A stretch of DNA of 64,000 nucleotides, from the NCBI GenBank assembly GCA_030390025.1, contig CM059432.1:97156001-97220000 (forward strand), in the 5' to 3' direction. Positions 1 through 13,856 of this stretch are shown in pieces. Every line of letters starts with the position of its first letter. Position 1 is the stretch's first letter. Both the position numbers and the translations under genes were made by a program. Origin of the DNA: Squalus acanthias. Its lineage: Eukaryota. The notes under the pieces are model-generated. The model worked only from the letters and a program-made list of their open reading frames with translations, did no database searches and was not told the origin of the DNA.

Positions 1-239
1 TTTAGGTCCTTGGAATAGTTGGCATCCACCTGAACTACTGGAACAGGCTGACAGCGCCTTAGTTTAATGTTTCATCCACGTGAACTAGCAAAACAGTCAG
101 ATGGGTTTAATGTGTCCTCTTGCAGAGAGCCAGCACGGGCTCGACAGACCAAATGGCCTTCTACCATGCTGTAACCATTCTATGATTCTATGATTCCAAA
201 GACAAGATCACCATACATTTGATCAGTAAACTAGGCTAA

Positions 240-583
240 CACTTCAGTGAAGTACTGTAGGAGTGCTACATTATTGGAGGAGCTCTCTTTTGGATGGGAC
301 ATTAAACCAAGGCCTTGTTTGCAATCTCGGGTGCATATAAAAGATCCCATGGCAACATTCAAAGAAGAGTTTTCCCAGTATCCTGGCCAACATTTATCCC
401 TCAACCAACATCACTAAATACAGATTATCTGGTCATTTATCATATTGCTATTTGTTGTGCACAAAGTGTCTGCTACTTTTCCCTACATTATAAAAATGAC
501 TACACTTGAAGAACACCTCATTGCTGGAAAGCATTTTGGGACATCCTGAAAGGTGCTATATAAATGCAGCTTCTTTCTTCTTT
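240..583 (+). mobile_element. 5'-truncated SacSINE1/AmnSINE1-like (Deu-domain) SINE
   Basis: Collinear with the fuller copy at 17879-18343 (aaaagatcccatgg...aacagattatctggtcatt...tataaatgca tail). Confidence 0.75.
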
Positions 584-584
584 C

Positions 585-1019
585 ATAGAAACATAGAAAC
601 ATAGAAACATAGAATCTAGGAGCAGGAGTAGGCCATTCGGCCCGTCGAGCCTGCTCCACCATTCAATACGATCATGGCTGATCATTCAAATCCAGTACCC
701 TGTCCCTGCTTTAATCCCCACAGTACACATATCCCACCCTACCCCCGTATTTAATTCCCCCTAACATATCCCATCCTATCCCCATAACCCCACATATTTA
801 ATCCCCACCTAACACTAAGGGTCAATTTATCATAGCCAAATCAACCTAACCCGCACATTTTTGGACAGTGGGAGGAAACCGGAGCACCCGGAGGAAACCC
901 ACGCAGACACGGGGAGAATGTGCAAACTCCACACAGACAGTCAGCCGAGGTCAGATTCGAACCCGGGTCCCTGGCACTGTGAGGCACCAGTGCTAACCAC
1001 TATGCCACCGTGTTGCCCC
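585..1019 (-). mobile_element. HE1-type V-SINE (tRNA-derived head, V domain, CR1-derived tail)
   Basis: On the minus strand: tRNA-like head with B box (ggttcgaatc), V-domain core (plus strand ggaggaaaccggagcacccggaggaaacccacgcagacacggggaga) and CR1-type (catagaaa)n tail. Confidence 0.85.
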
Positions 1020-1619
1020 GTTTCTTTCACTGTTTTACTGTGAATCATTACACTTGTGCACAAAGGCTATTCTGCATACAGAGTAACATTTGATCTCACA
1101 ACCTTACGGAAGCCTTGACAAAGTTGCATAAAACGTTACCTCATTTCTGGGTCCTGAGCAGCCTAACCAATGGTCCTTAAAGGAACCACTGGATGCCACT
1201 CAAAATTTTGTGGATTCAGAAGGAGGAGGAGTGCTCCTGCTGGTTTCACAAAACAATTGCAGGCCGCTACTGACCCACCCTCACTCCCCTCCCTATCACC
1301 TCTACTCCACCCCACACTCCCTTCCCAGACTTACTTCTGGGCTTCGGTATAGACAAGCTGCATCGGGACACTTATTTGGCACCTGCAACTGACTTGATTT
1401 ATTTTTATGAGGCCTGAGGACTAATTTCCTGTGGTCCTTGGGCCTTTCCGTTACGGCACACTGTTGCTTCGTGCCACTGGAATTGCACCCGCTTTGGGGC
1501 GCTATGGATTTCAGACCCCACAGTGATTTTGAGAGCCAGCAAGGCAAAGACTTGCATAAATATGGTAACACCATTGAATTGATAGATACAGAATTAATAA
1601 AAATGTTTTATATGTATAT

Positions 1620-1800
1620 AGGATGTAGAGAAGCTGATCCCACTTGTGGGGGAGTCAAAGACTAGGGGTCATAAATATAAAATAGTCACTAATACTCCAA
1701 TAAGGAATTCAGGAGAAACTTCTTTACCCAGAGAGTGGTTAGAATGTGGAACTTGCTACCACATGGAGTAGTTGAGGCAAATAGCATTGATGCATTTAAT
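1620..1800 (+). mobile_element. CR1 LINE 3' ORF2 fragment
   Basis: Encodes the CR1 C-terminal motif RNFFTQRVVRMWNLLP. Confidence 0.75.
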
Positions 1801-2441
1801 GGATGGTGTGTGACTTGGAGGGGAATTTGCAGGTGGTGGTGTTCCCATGCACTGCTGCCCTTGACCTTCTATGTGGTAGAGGTCACGGGTTTGGGAGGTG
1901 CTGAGATAATTCAAGAGTTAAAAATACATATGGGTATTTACAGACATAATCTGAGGGCTGCATGAATGTTGAAAGAGTAGGAAAGAGCTCTACTGCCATT
2001 ATAATAGCTATCAGATATTCCAGCAAATGTAAGACATCAAGGAATAGGAGACAAACCAATCCTCTTGCAAATCAGGGGAAAAGCTCTTGATAAACTGATT
2101 ACCTAGTAAGTGACATCAAGAACTTTTGATTTATTACCTACAACGTATCTCTAGAATGTATCAGACATTTTCACTTTTTGTCTTTTGCTTCCCAGTTCCC
2201 TTCCCTTGACTAAATCTCTCCCATGTTCTTGTCTTCACAGATGGTAAAACAGTTGTATTATTGGAAATGGTGTTTCCTTGCAATGTGGTGGAGCTGTAAT
2301 GTTATTGTTGAGCTGCGTGAGATCTACTCCAGTATTGTGAAAAGAGTAGAATCAATGTCACAGAGACATAGAGTCATAACGGCACAGAAGGAGGCCATTC
2401 GGCCCATCGAGTCCGTGCCGGCTCTCTGTAGTGTAATCCAG

Positions 2442-5225
2442 TCAGTCCCGTTCTCCTGCTCTATTCCCATAGCCCTGCAAGTTTATTTCCCTCAAGTGCC
2501 TATCCAGTCTCCCCTTGAAAACATTCATGGTCTCCGCTTCCAGCACTTCCGTTGGCAGCGAGTTCCAGGTCCTCACTACTCGCTGCGTAAAAAAGTTTTT
2601 CCTTATATCCCCCCTGTATCTCTTGCCCAAAACCTTTAATCTGTGTCCCCTAGTCCTTGTACCATCAACTAGTGGGAACAGCCTTTCCCCGTCTAGCCTA
2701 TCTAAACCCATCATAATCTTGTACACCTCTATCAAATCACCCCTTAACCTCCTTTGCTCTAATGAAAACAAATCTAGCTTCTCCAACCTGTCCTTGTAGC
2801 TAAGAACCCCCATCCCCGGAACCATTCTGGTAAATCTCCTCTGCACCTTCTCAAGGGCCTTCACATCCTTCCTAAAGTGTGGTGACCAGAACTACTCCAG
2901 TTGTGGCCTAACCAGAACTTTATAAAGGTTCAGTATAACTTCTCTACTTTTGTACTAAATACCTCTATTTATGAAGCCCAAGATCCCATATGCTTTGCTA
3001 ACCACTCTCTCAATAAGACCCGCCACCTTCAGGGACCTATGCACATTAACTCCCAGGTCGCTCTGTCCCTGCACACTCTTTAAAACTGTGCCATTAAGTG
3101 TATATTGCCTCTCCCTGTTCCTTCTGCCAAAATGCATCACCTCACACTTCTCTGTATTAAATTCCATCTGCCACTTGTCTGCCCATTCTGCTAGCCTTTC
3201 TATGTCCTGTTGCAGTCGATTGGTACCATCCTCACTGTTTGCCACACCCCCAAGTTTGGTGTCATCGGCAAATTTAGAAATTCTACTCTGTATTCCAATA
3301 TACAGGTAATTTATATATATCAAAAAAAGCAGTGGCCCCAGCACTGACCCCTGGGGAACACCACTGTCTACCATCCTCCAGTCTGAAAAACAGCAATTTA
3401 CCACAACTCGCTGCTTTCTGTCCTTAAGCCAATTCCTTATCCAAGCTGCCACTGACCCACCTATTCCATGAGCCTCAATTTTGTTAACCAGCCTTCTCTG
3501 TGGTACTTTGTCAAACGCCTTCTGAAAATCCATGTAGACAACATCCATTGCATTCCCTTCATCAATCCTCCCTGTTACTTCATCAAAAAATTCAATTAGA
3601 TTAGTCAAACACGATCTGCCTTTTAAAAATCCATGTTGGCTCGCCTTAATTAGCTTAAACCTCTCCAAGTGCCCGTTAATTTTTTCTTGTTTATTGTTTT
3701 TAAAACTTTAGCCACCACTGATGTTAAACTGACTGGCCTGTAGTAACAAGGATTGTCCTTACACCCTTTCTTGAGCAGTGGTGTCACAATTGCCACTTTC
3801 CAATCTTCAGGCACCTCCCCCGCATCTAGGGAAGATTAGAAAATTATGGCAAGCCCTTCCGCTATCTCCTCTCCCAATTCCCTTAGCAACCTGGGATGCA
3901 AGCCATCTGGACCAGGCAACTTGTCCACTCTAAGCATACCCAGCCTTTCTTAGTACATCCCGTCTATCAATTTTCACCCCTTCCATTGCTTCTACCTTTT
4001 CCACTTCTATCGATATTTTGTCAGCATCCACCTCCTTAGTAAACACCAATACAAAGTACTCATTGAGTATTCTAGCCTTGACCTACGCCTTTAAGCATAT
4101 ATCGCTTTCTTTGTCTCTAATTGGCCCCACCCCGCCTCTTACTACCTGCTTACTGTTTACATGCTGGTAGAAGATTTTTGGGTTCCCTTTTATGTTAACC
4201 GCCATTCTACTCTCATATTCTCTCTTTGCCAATCTCATTTTCATCTTCACTTCCCCTCTCAACTTATTGTATTTGGTCTGGTTCTCCCTTGAAGAATTCA
4301 CCTGACATTCATCATACACCCTCTTTTTTTGTTTCATCATCTTCTCTATCTCCCTCGTCATCCAAGGAGTCCTTGCTTTGGTTCTCTTACCCTTCCCTCT
4401 TGTTGGAATGTACCTAGCCTGTACTTGGAACATCTCCTCCTTAAAGATCACCCATTGTTCCATTATAGTTTTTCCTGTCAGTCTTTGGTTCCATTTTACC
4501 CTGGCTAGATCCTTTCGCATCCCACTGAAGTTAGCACTATTCCAGTTTAGAAGTTCCACTCTCATTGTTCCATACTCCTCTCTATTGCTAATCTAAATCT
4601 TATGATACGATGATCACCCGTACCCAAGTGTTCTCCCACAGACACTTGGTCGACCTGGCCCACCTCATTCCCCAGCACCAGATCCAGCAATGCCTCCTTC
4701 CTAGTTGGGCCAAGAACATACTGGTCAAGGAAATTCTCCTGAACACATGTCAGAAAGTCCTCCCCCTCCTTTCCCTTTACCCTAGCATTATCCCAATCGA
4801 TATTTGGGTAATTAAAGTCCCCCAATATCACCACTCTATAGCTCTTGCATATCTCTGTGATTTTCCTGCAAATTTGCTCCTCTACTTCCCTCTCACTATT
4901 TGGAGGCCTGTAGAATACCCCCAATAGTGTGATCATACCCTTTTTGCTCCTCAACTCTAACCAAATGGATTCTGTCCTTGTCCCCTCAAGAACATACTTC
5001 CTTTCCAACACTACAATGTCTTCCTTAATCAGCACTGCCACCCCACCTTCCTTTTTTCCTTCCCTATCTTTTCTGAATACCTTGTACCCTTGAATATTAA
5101 GTGCCTAGTCCTCACTGTTTTTAAGCCACGTTTCCGTTATTGCCACATCATACTGCCACACGGCTAATTGTGCTTATAGCTCACCAACTTTATTCACCAC
5201 ACTTTGTGCGTTTACGTACATGCAT
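2442..5225 (-). pseudogene. CR1 ORF2 (APE endonuclease + reverse transcriptase), disrupted by stops/frameshifts
   Basis: ORF pieces 4562-5041 (GVFYRPP, ILGDFNYP, GDH), 4083-4565, 2955-3668 (DFQKAFD, GVPQGSVLGP, KFADD) and 2442-2864. Confidence 0.93.
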
Positions 5226-5400
5226 TCTAAACCCATTTTTTAATTTTTCACAGTTTTTCTTAGTCTGCTCCTGTCTAACATGATACTACTTCTGCCTCTA
5301 GTACTACTTTCTTCTCTAGTACTATCCAACACACTCACTCTTTTATGCATCTTATTCCTCTTTACTACTCCTATATGCTGGTGCCCATCCCCCTGCCAAG

Positions 5401-6352
5401 CTAGTTTAAACCCTCTCCAACAGCATTAGCAAACCTCCCCGCGAGAATATTGGTCCCAGCTCTGTTGAGGTGTGGCCTGTCCGGCTTGTACAGGTCCCAC
5501 CTACCCCAGAAATGGTCCCAATGCTTCAGGAATCTAAAGCCCTCCCTCCTGCACCATCTCTCCAGCCACGTATTTATCTGTTCTATCCTCCTATTCCTGT
5601 ACTCACTAGCACGTGGCACCGGGAGTAATCTGGAGATTACTACCTTTGAGGTCCTGCTTTTTAATCTCTTTCCTAACTTCCTATAGTCTGCCTGCAGGAC
5701 CTCATCCCTCTTTCTGCCTATGTCATTGATACCGATATGGACAACGACCTCTGGCTGTTCACCCTCCCCCCTCAGAGTGTCCTGCAGCCGTTCAGTGACA
5801 TCCTTGACTCTGTCACCAGGGAGGCAACATACCATCCTGGAGTAGCGTCTACATCCACAGAAACGCCTATCTGCTCCCCTAACCAATGAATCCCCTATCA
5901 CTATTGCTCTTCCACTCTTCTTCCTGCCCCCCTGTGCAGCTGAGCCACCCGTGGTGCCGTGGCCTTGGCTCTGGCTGCTCTCCCCAGAGGAACCATCACC
6001 CATACCAGTTTCCAGAACTGTGAACCGGTTAGTGAGTGAGATGCACTCTGGGGATTCCTGCCCTACCTGCCTGGTCCTCCTTCTCTGTCTGCTCGGTTAC
6101 CCATTCCCCCTCTACCTGCACATTCTGAGGCTGCGGGGTGACCACTTCTAGAAATGTGCTTTACAAGTATTTCTCAGCCTCGCGGATGCACTGTAGTGAC
6201 TCCAGCTGCCGCTCAAGCTCCGAAACTCGGAGCTCGAGTTGCTGTAGTTGGCGACACTCCCTGCACACGTGGTTGTCCAGGCCACAAGAAGCATCCAGGA
6301 TTTCCCACATGGCACAGGATGTGCAAATCACGGGACTGAGCTTCCCTGCCAT
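5401..6352 (-). pseudogene. CR1 ORF1 (N-terminal Zn/leucine-zipper region + SGNH/GDSL esterase), premature stop near 6161
   Basis: CTSC...CREC plus LQQLELRVSELERQL (6161-6352); VIGDSLVRG, VVHIGINDIG, DRPHLN (5401-6003). Confidence 0.9.
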
Positions 6353-6619
6353 GCCTTTATTTACCAGACTCTTGATGTAATTTAGCAGAAATAAACTTAA
6401 ACCTTAACAAAAAACACTCAACAGCTACCCACCAATCAGCACTTCCCTCTATTAGATGGGCTATGAACTACTTAGCAGAAATATACTCAAACAGAACAAA
6501 AAAAACTTACCACAAATACTCACCCTATACTCACCTCTCAGCTCCCTTGTGCCAGCGACACCTTTGAATTCTGACGTCACTCCTTCGTTGTGTCGCTTGC
6601 CGACTGTCTCCCTTGCAGG

Positions 6620-7245
6620 TAGTCCGCTTGCTCAGACTCCCAGTCCTCTGCTCCACACTGCCTTTATTCCCGGTCTCCGACTCTGTTCCTCCCACTGGTC
6701 CGCTCGCTCAGACTCCCAGTCCTCTGCTCCACGCTGCCTTTATCCCTGTTCTCCGACTCTGTTCCTCCCACTGGTCCGCTCGCTCAGACTCCCAGTCCTC
6801 TGCTCCACACTGCCTTTATCCCCGGTCTCCGACTGCATTCCTCCCACTGGTCCGCTCGCTCAGACTCCCAGGTCTCTGCTCCGTGCTGCCTTTATCCCTA
6901 ATCACCGACTCCATTCCTCCCACAGGTCCGCTCGCTCAGACTCCCAGTCCTCTCCTCCGCGCTGCCTTTATCCCCGGTCTCTGACTCCATTCCTCCCGCA
7001 GGTCCGCTCGCTCAGACTCCCAGGTCTCTGCTCCACGCTGCCTTTATCCCCGGTCTCTGACTCCGTTCCTCCCGCAGGTCCGCTCGCTCAGACTCCCAGT
7101 CCTCTCCTCCGCGCTGCCTTTATCCCCGGTCTCTGACTCCATTCCTCCCGCAGGTCCGCTCGCTCAGACTCCCAGGTCTCTGCTCCGCGCTGCCTTTAGC
7201 CCCGGTCTCTGACTCCGTTCCTCCCACAGGTCTGCTCGCTCAGAC
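6620..7245. repeat. 76-bp tandem array, about 8 copies, at the CR1 5' end
   Basis: Unit ggtccgctcgctcagactcccagtcctctgctccacgctgcctttatccccggtctccgactctgttcctcccact; copies start at 6697, 6773 and onward. Confidence 0.95.
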
Positions 7246-7632
7246 TTGTGTTTTGTTACCTGTTGGTTTTCTATAATAAATTTATTTTCTCATAGCTTGC
7301 ATTGTTCTACACTCTATTTGAGCCTAACTAAATTAGTCGAGGGTCAGCCATGTGTTGTAAGTCAGAAGCTCAGGGAGGCTATTTTACGATTCACTGGAGC
7401 ACCCGGTGTTCCTATGCCTCAAGTAAATGACCCACAACATGAACTGACGACGTTGCTCCCTTTGGGGACAACAACAATATGTTCATCCCTACTCCTTCTT
7501 CTCACATCCCACTTCCCCCTCACCCCACAAGCCTTTTGAACTTTCCAGCTAATCATGCTGTATGCATGCATTTCTCCCTTCCTGCCCCCCTACCCTCACC
7601 TTAACCCATCTTTTGTGCATTTATGCTTTCAG

Positions 7633-8622
7633 ATAATGAGCAAGCACCTGAGCAGCCTGTCCCTGAGGGCACCGTTGAGAGTGATGCAGGAGAGGAGGAG
7701 GAGGAAGAACACACCGCATCACTGCATGTCTCACCCGCAGGCACCAGCTCAGATACTGGCACTACGCGTTCTTTAGAGGCAAGTATAGTAGTGGGATTTG
7801 CACAGGCTGATGCACTGGGAATGAGCGGGCTGCATCAAGGCCAGGGAGAAAGGGTAGCTCGGGGGTCAGCTCCCCGGAGGGCATGCAAACCGGGATGATA
7901 GGTGCAATGGCAAGGGTTCCCGAGAACCTGTCGGCAATGGTAAGGAGCGTGGAGGTGTACGCCTCCAACATTGCACAAAGCTCTGCACACAACATGGAGC
8001 CCACCATTTCCAGTCTGCAAAGGATGGTAGATGCTCAGAGAGACCGTGGCGACCCAAACCTGATGCCACATGTGATAGGCGATCTGGCAGCTTCCATTGC
8101 AGCACAGGCAGAAGCGATGCAACGTCTTAGTGCTGTAATGCAGTCTCAGCTTGATGCCACACAAGCTCTGACTGCTGCCATCGTGGCTGGGTCTACCACT
8201 GTCGACCAGGACTTTCACGGTGTCACAGCAGGCCAGCAATCTGTACTCCAGCGGATTGGTAGGATGCTGAGGTGCTGCCCCAGGGGAGTGGCTGTGGGTC
8301 AGTGGAGCAGGAAGCTGCTGTCCTCTCTCAGGATGACAGCATTCCTGCTCCCACCACTGGCTCTTTGCCCTTGTCGCTGCCTGTCATCCAGCCAGCCCAG
8401 ACTACTGCCGCCCATGCTGAGGTGGTGCAGTCTAAAGCTGGGCCTTCCAGGCCCAGAGCTGGTCGAGGGCATCCTGCAAGGCCATCTGAAGTCTCCCGCA
8501 CGGACACTCAGCAGCCTTCCACCAGCCATGCTGCAGCCACTGGGCCAACACTTCATAGGAGCACTAGAGTAGGCAAAGGCACAGTAACAAGAGGCACTAA
8601 GGGATTGCACAAGGGTGAATAG
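7633..8622 (+). pseudogene. Harbinger partner (Myb/SANT-type ORF2) gene, last exon remnant, frameshifted
   Basis: Follows the acceptor tttcag; homologous to 37504-38576 (ATQALTAAIVAG, GQQSVLQ, AVLSQDDSIPA, AAHAEVVQS, AGPSRPRAGRG). Confidence 0.85.
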
Positions 8623-8772
8623 TAAATATTGTTGTTGTAAGGATGTGTTCACTGATTATTAATAAATTTATTAATTCACTGGATGATTTTGTATTGTCCC
8701 TCATTTCAGCTGTGCCTGCGACAGGGATGGAATGATGGGGATATGATGAGCAATGGGGATCTGGGGTTGAAT

Positions 8773-9770
8773 TTACTGGAACCACAGTCTGATGAGGTGG
8801 TCACGGACCGCCCTTCCAGAAGGTCGATTGAGTGGCTGCCTTCTCCCTCGCTCCTGTTCCTCCTCCTCCTCATCTTCCTCGTCTTCCTCATCCTCCTCCT
8901 CATCCTCCTCCTCCTCCTCTCCCTCTTCCTCCTCCTGAGGTGGTCCCGCAATCCCTGCTGGCAAGGGCTGGGACCTCATGATGGCCAGATTGTGGAGCAT
9001 GCAGCAGACCACCATGAAATGGGACGTCCACTCAGCCGAGTACTGGAGGGCTCCTCCTGAGTGGTCAAGGCAGCAGAACCGTTGCTTGAGCACCCCGATG
9101 GTCTGCTCGATGATGTTCCTGGTGGCAGCATGGTTCTCAATATATGACTGCTGGGCAGGAGTGTTGGGTTGCGGAGGGGAGTCATGAGCCAGGTGGACAG
9201 CGGATAGCCCTTGTCTCCGCGTAGCCAGCCGCGAGCTTGATGTGGTGGCTGGAAGAGTGCTGGCACACTGGTCTGGCGCAGGATGAAGGCATCGTGCTGC
9301 TGCCAGGATAGCGGGCATTGACATTGAGGATTCACTGTCTGTGGTCGCACACCAACTGAACATTAAGTGAGTGGTAGCCTTTGCAGTTACTGAAGATCTC
9401 ACGATTGTTATGTGGTGCCCGCAAAGCCACGTGGGTGCAGTCAATGGCGCCCTGCATCATGGGGAATCCTGCTATCCTGGCAAAGCCACATGCACGCTCA
9501 TCCTGCTTCTCTCTGGTGATGGGGAAGGAAATGTAGTCCCTTCTCCTACTGTAGAGAGCCTCTGTGACCTCCCGGATGCAGCGATGAATGGCGAACTGCG
9601 AGATGTTAGCTACGTCTCCTGTCACAGACTGGTAGGATCCACTGGCAAAGAAATTGAGGGAGACGGTGACCTTGACTGCCACTGAGAGAACCGTCCTTGT
9701 CCTGATCTGAGGCTCGAGGTCTGGTTGCAGGAGGTGGCAGAGTTCTGTGACCACCTCCTTGCTGAAGTGC
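8773..9770 (-). pseudogene. Harbinger DDE transposase (HARBI1-like), 5'-truncated, frameshifted
   Basis: [54 protein letters not shown] and an acidic tail. Confidence 0.92.
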
Positions 9771-12089
9771 TAGAGGTATCAAACCAGTTGTTGTTCTAAT
9801 ATTTCCCTATGCAAAATGATAAATTGCCCCAGTGAAGACTTGCTTTTGTTGTTCATATCAAGGTGATGAATGCTTCTTCTGTGGAATAAAACTCTTCCCA
9901 TTTTATGTACCCAGTATCAGCATCAAGCACTCCCAGGTCCAGTGTAGCACAGCCAATGCAGAGTAAAGCTTCTCTACTCTGCCCCATCAACATACCTCAG
10001 CCCGAGCTTCCCCTGCATCTCTTTGAATGAGATTATTAATTATTGCTGAGCATGGGATATTTTTGTATTGTATGCCCATGCCCACTAGAAATTTGATTGA
10101 GGCTGCTCAATTTCATTTCACGTAAGACCCCTGGATTTGAACTTAGAGCAGAGGTGAAAGGTCAGTTTAGCAATTACACCAGAAATTTTCCAATAACATA
10201 TGCTTCTAATTACAAGTGCCAAACTCTGCTTCACAGTTTTGGCTGGAACATTGTTATACTTTAGAACAAGTTAGAAAATACATATATTAAATAAAGACTG
10301 CTGACAGGTGGTAAATGGTTATTGAGTGAACAAAAGGTTATAAACTGACTTGAGAAATTGCCAACAGGAGTTTAAACTTTCTGATCAATATGTATTTAAT
10401 AAAGATCACATTAATCCTTCATCTACTTCACTCTTGCTGGTTCTAGAAAAATAATCATAACATCGCTATAGAATTTTTAAAAAGTTATAAGTTACATAGC
10501 TGTTACAGGATACAAGTTAAGGGATTAGGCAGCACAATAATGATTTGTATAGCATTAATTCAGTTACTGTGATTTTTCTATACAGCATGTAGAATTCTCA
10601 CACCACAATATACTTTGTTTTATAAGATCAGAAAAAAAAATAGTTTTTTGAAGATTATGACCATTCATGGGGTATTAGTCAGGTTCAGTGATAAAGGCAT
10701 TAGTGCCAGATTTGTTTTTGTTAAGCTTTGTTCCCTCTGGTGTCTTAGGCTTGATTGACACTGTTGGTCTCAAAATGGTTTAGCAGCTGATTCATATTCA
10801 TAAGAATGGCTGAACCTCATAAAATCTGGTTTTAAATTCGAACATGCTCTTGATTTGAACTGTCAGTGATGCTCAGAAGAAAATGTCCCTATATGTTATG
10901 ATTAAAATGTTATTTTTTAGCAAACAGGACTGGCTGTTTTCTGTTCCCTTATGCAGCCTTCTGCATAGCATCATAGATAATTACACTAATCAGTGTAATC
11001 GAAGCATGCTGGTTGTAAACCTCTATGCAACATACACATTACAGAGACATGGAGCTAGTTGTTTTGCTGCCCTGGGATGTTTACATTTCTTAATACTCTT
11101 CTCAGCATGAAACGGTATCATTTATTGACAGATTTCATGCTATGAACTTCCCTATACTTTCCCCAAAACTATATTCAAAGTTAAGATATGAAGAGGTTTC
11201 ATGCTCACAGTTTTTGATGCCAGACATGTCTACTTAAAAATACATTTAGTCATTAATTCCAGTTTAAACTTTTAAAAAGAGTTCACTGTCAAAAAATGCT
11301 ATTCATTTTAATGCAGAGTTAAAATAAGTGTGATACGATACCATCCACTGCAACATGTCCTTAAGAACTTGAGAACAACTGAATAGTTAATTGGCAGGAT
11401 ACCAGATGTCTGCTTACAGGTGATAGTAAAGGATCATACCAAAAGTTGTCAGGCTAAACAAAATGCCTATCCTGTATTTCTCTTCATTAATTCAATATCC
11501 ATGCCAGCCATAACTTCTGAGTTTACCTTTTTCAACTTCCTTAAGATTCATACCCATGTTACGATGTTGTGAATTCAGTGCATTCATTAAGCCTACACTG
11601 CATATTTAGCGGTTGGAAATACACACTCTATATTCTACGTATAATGGAAAAACAATTGACTTTTATCTTGTGCAGAATTTCATGAGAAATCAGTATTCTA
11701 AATATATAAAGCATGTTTTGAATTTTAATGTTAAACCTCAGATTAACTGCATTTCAACGTGATTTATTCTATAACAAAATAGTTTGAAAAATATTGATAA
11801 CTCAATTCAGGAAATGCTTGAAAATATTATTTTGCATAAGTGCATAAAAGAGTCTGTTGTGAAGATTTTAATTTTCATGTGTCAACCTCTAATAATTATT
11901 ACAAACAACTTATTAGGTGGTTACTTATTAGTCTAGTGATTTTAATATACAAGTTTTATTCTTTTCTGCTATTTCTTGCAATTGCTACAACAGAGTTGAG
12001 GACTCTATACTGCTACATTCAGTAGGACTATGCATTTGTGATAGCAAAATGTAATCCTGATTCATTGCTCTACAAATGTTAGATACATT

Positions 12090-13182
12090 GGCCCTGAATT
12101 TGCGGTTGGCGGCGTAGCTATGGAGTACACCGCCGACTTCCGAATGGAATCCGCACTTACCCTTTTGAGAAGTTGCTTTGAAACGCTACGGAGTTGTGCG
12201 CAGCGCAGTGGCCCACGGATCCCAGGGGCACACTGTTGTGCATAAGCGTACCTGGGATCACGTGGGGCGGTGCTCCTTTCTCTTCCTGACTCTTAACCAA
12301 TCAGGAAACGTAGAAATCTCTGATGGGACAGCATTAAGCTTTGCAGAAAGTCCACCAAATTGCAAATCCACCACCACCCCCCCCCCCCCCCCCACCATCT
12401 CTAATTGATTATTGAAGACCCTTTCCTTAGTTTGTGGGTTTGCATGACTTTCTGCAAGACATTAAATATTCATATTTTCATTTAATAATGTGCACTGTGA
12501 ATCACAAAAGAAGTGAGGGTGATTAGTAAACAGAAATGATGTCTTTTGTTTATTTATACAATGGTTTGCCTTCTGCTGTTTGGCACAAAGCCTATCCAAA
12601 GACAGATGGTCCCAATAATATCAATGTAATTAGCAGCTGACCTTGTTTTATTTTTACTATTGCCACCGCACTTTCCAAAAGAAGTTTTACCGAACACAGT
12701 AAATTGAAGTTATTTGATTTGTACAGTTTAACCTAACTGCATAGATATTAAAGTAATTATTGATACTTTAGTACACTTTAGCAGATAGTTAAATGTTTCT
12801 GGCCTCTGGATAGGAACTATAAAACTCGATTGGGATGGTTTTTAAGGGCTGTAGCATAAACCTAGCTCAAAATTTCTCATCCCCCCTCCCCTTATGCCAT
12901 GCAACAGGCTCCTGTGCCTGTTTGCACCAGCCGTAAAAATTTTCAGGGTAATTAATGTGCAGTAGGTGGGCATTTGCCCAATTTTTTGACAGCACATCAT
13001 TTGAATGAGGAATTGAAAGTCGCAGCGGATCCTCTGTCCATTCGGAATTTGACAGATCGCAAGTTCGGGATTTAGCGCATGCGCAAGTGCATGTGGAAAT
13101 CCCGAGCTTGCGGTCAATTTCAAAGGCGGTATGATGGCGTACACTGAGAGTACGCCGTCATATGGACCGCAAATTCAGGGCC
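12090..13182. mobile_element. Non-autonomous Harbinger-type MITE
   Basis: Perfect 17-bp TIR ggccctgaatttgcggt / accgcaaattcagggcc, with subterminal hairpins. Confidence 0.8.
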
Positions 13183-13856
13183 ATAATATGGGCTCCCATT
13201 TGTTTCCTGTATAACTTAAAAATCATACCAAAAATGTAAAACTGGCACAATAAAAATATCAACATTAGCAATTGTTTCACTTCTTTTTAAATCTATATTA
13301 TGGTTTGTGATTATTTGCATACCTTCTGCATACTGTATTCTGAATCGGACATTGCGGAAATCATTATACTAACCATCGCTGTCAAAAGAAGATGTTGCTG
13401 CTGACGTTTTACTTGGTCTAGTCAATTAAATGCCTTCTAAATAATTCAAATTCTGTGCATTTTCTGTATTTATTGGCATGCAAAAAATACCTACAGATTC
13501 CAACAGAATACCAGCCCTTTTGATTTATTTGACCTATCCATTAATGAAAACAAATTGCATATGATTGATTCCATGAAAGCAGTGCCTATTATTGAAGTCA
13601 CAGTCCTACACACCTCATAGTTGACACTATTCCTTTTTACATTTATTTCTAGGGGAAAAGAATAGTGGAATACTAATTTAGATGTCATTTTTAGTTAGTT
13701 TAGTCAGTTAATGTCTGACAGATAAATGTATGTTGACATATAATGCTCAAGCTCTGCTGTGACAGTAATTCACGTTTCTCAAGTAGTTTCACATGTGAAT
13801 TACATTGAAAAGATGTTTCTACATTTTCCGAGCTAACCTAATAGCCAATGGCATTA

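Larger units (their letters stand above)
2360..7245 (-). mobile_element. Near full-length CR1 LINE (ORF1 + ORF2 + 5' monomer array)
   Basis: On the minus strand, in order: tandem 5' repeats, ORF1, APE endonuclease, RT and a CR1 3' tail near 2365-2430. Confidence 0.92.

Noticed and set aside
2223..2345. Possible host exon after a polypyrimidine tract and cag
   Set aside because: No recognisable peptide or convincing donor; the ORF runs into a CR1 tail.
6456..7136. 226-aa Pro/Ser/Leu-rich ORF
   Set aside because: Translation of the 76-bp array, antisense to the CR1.
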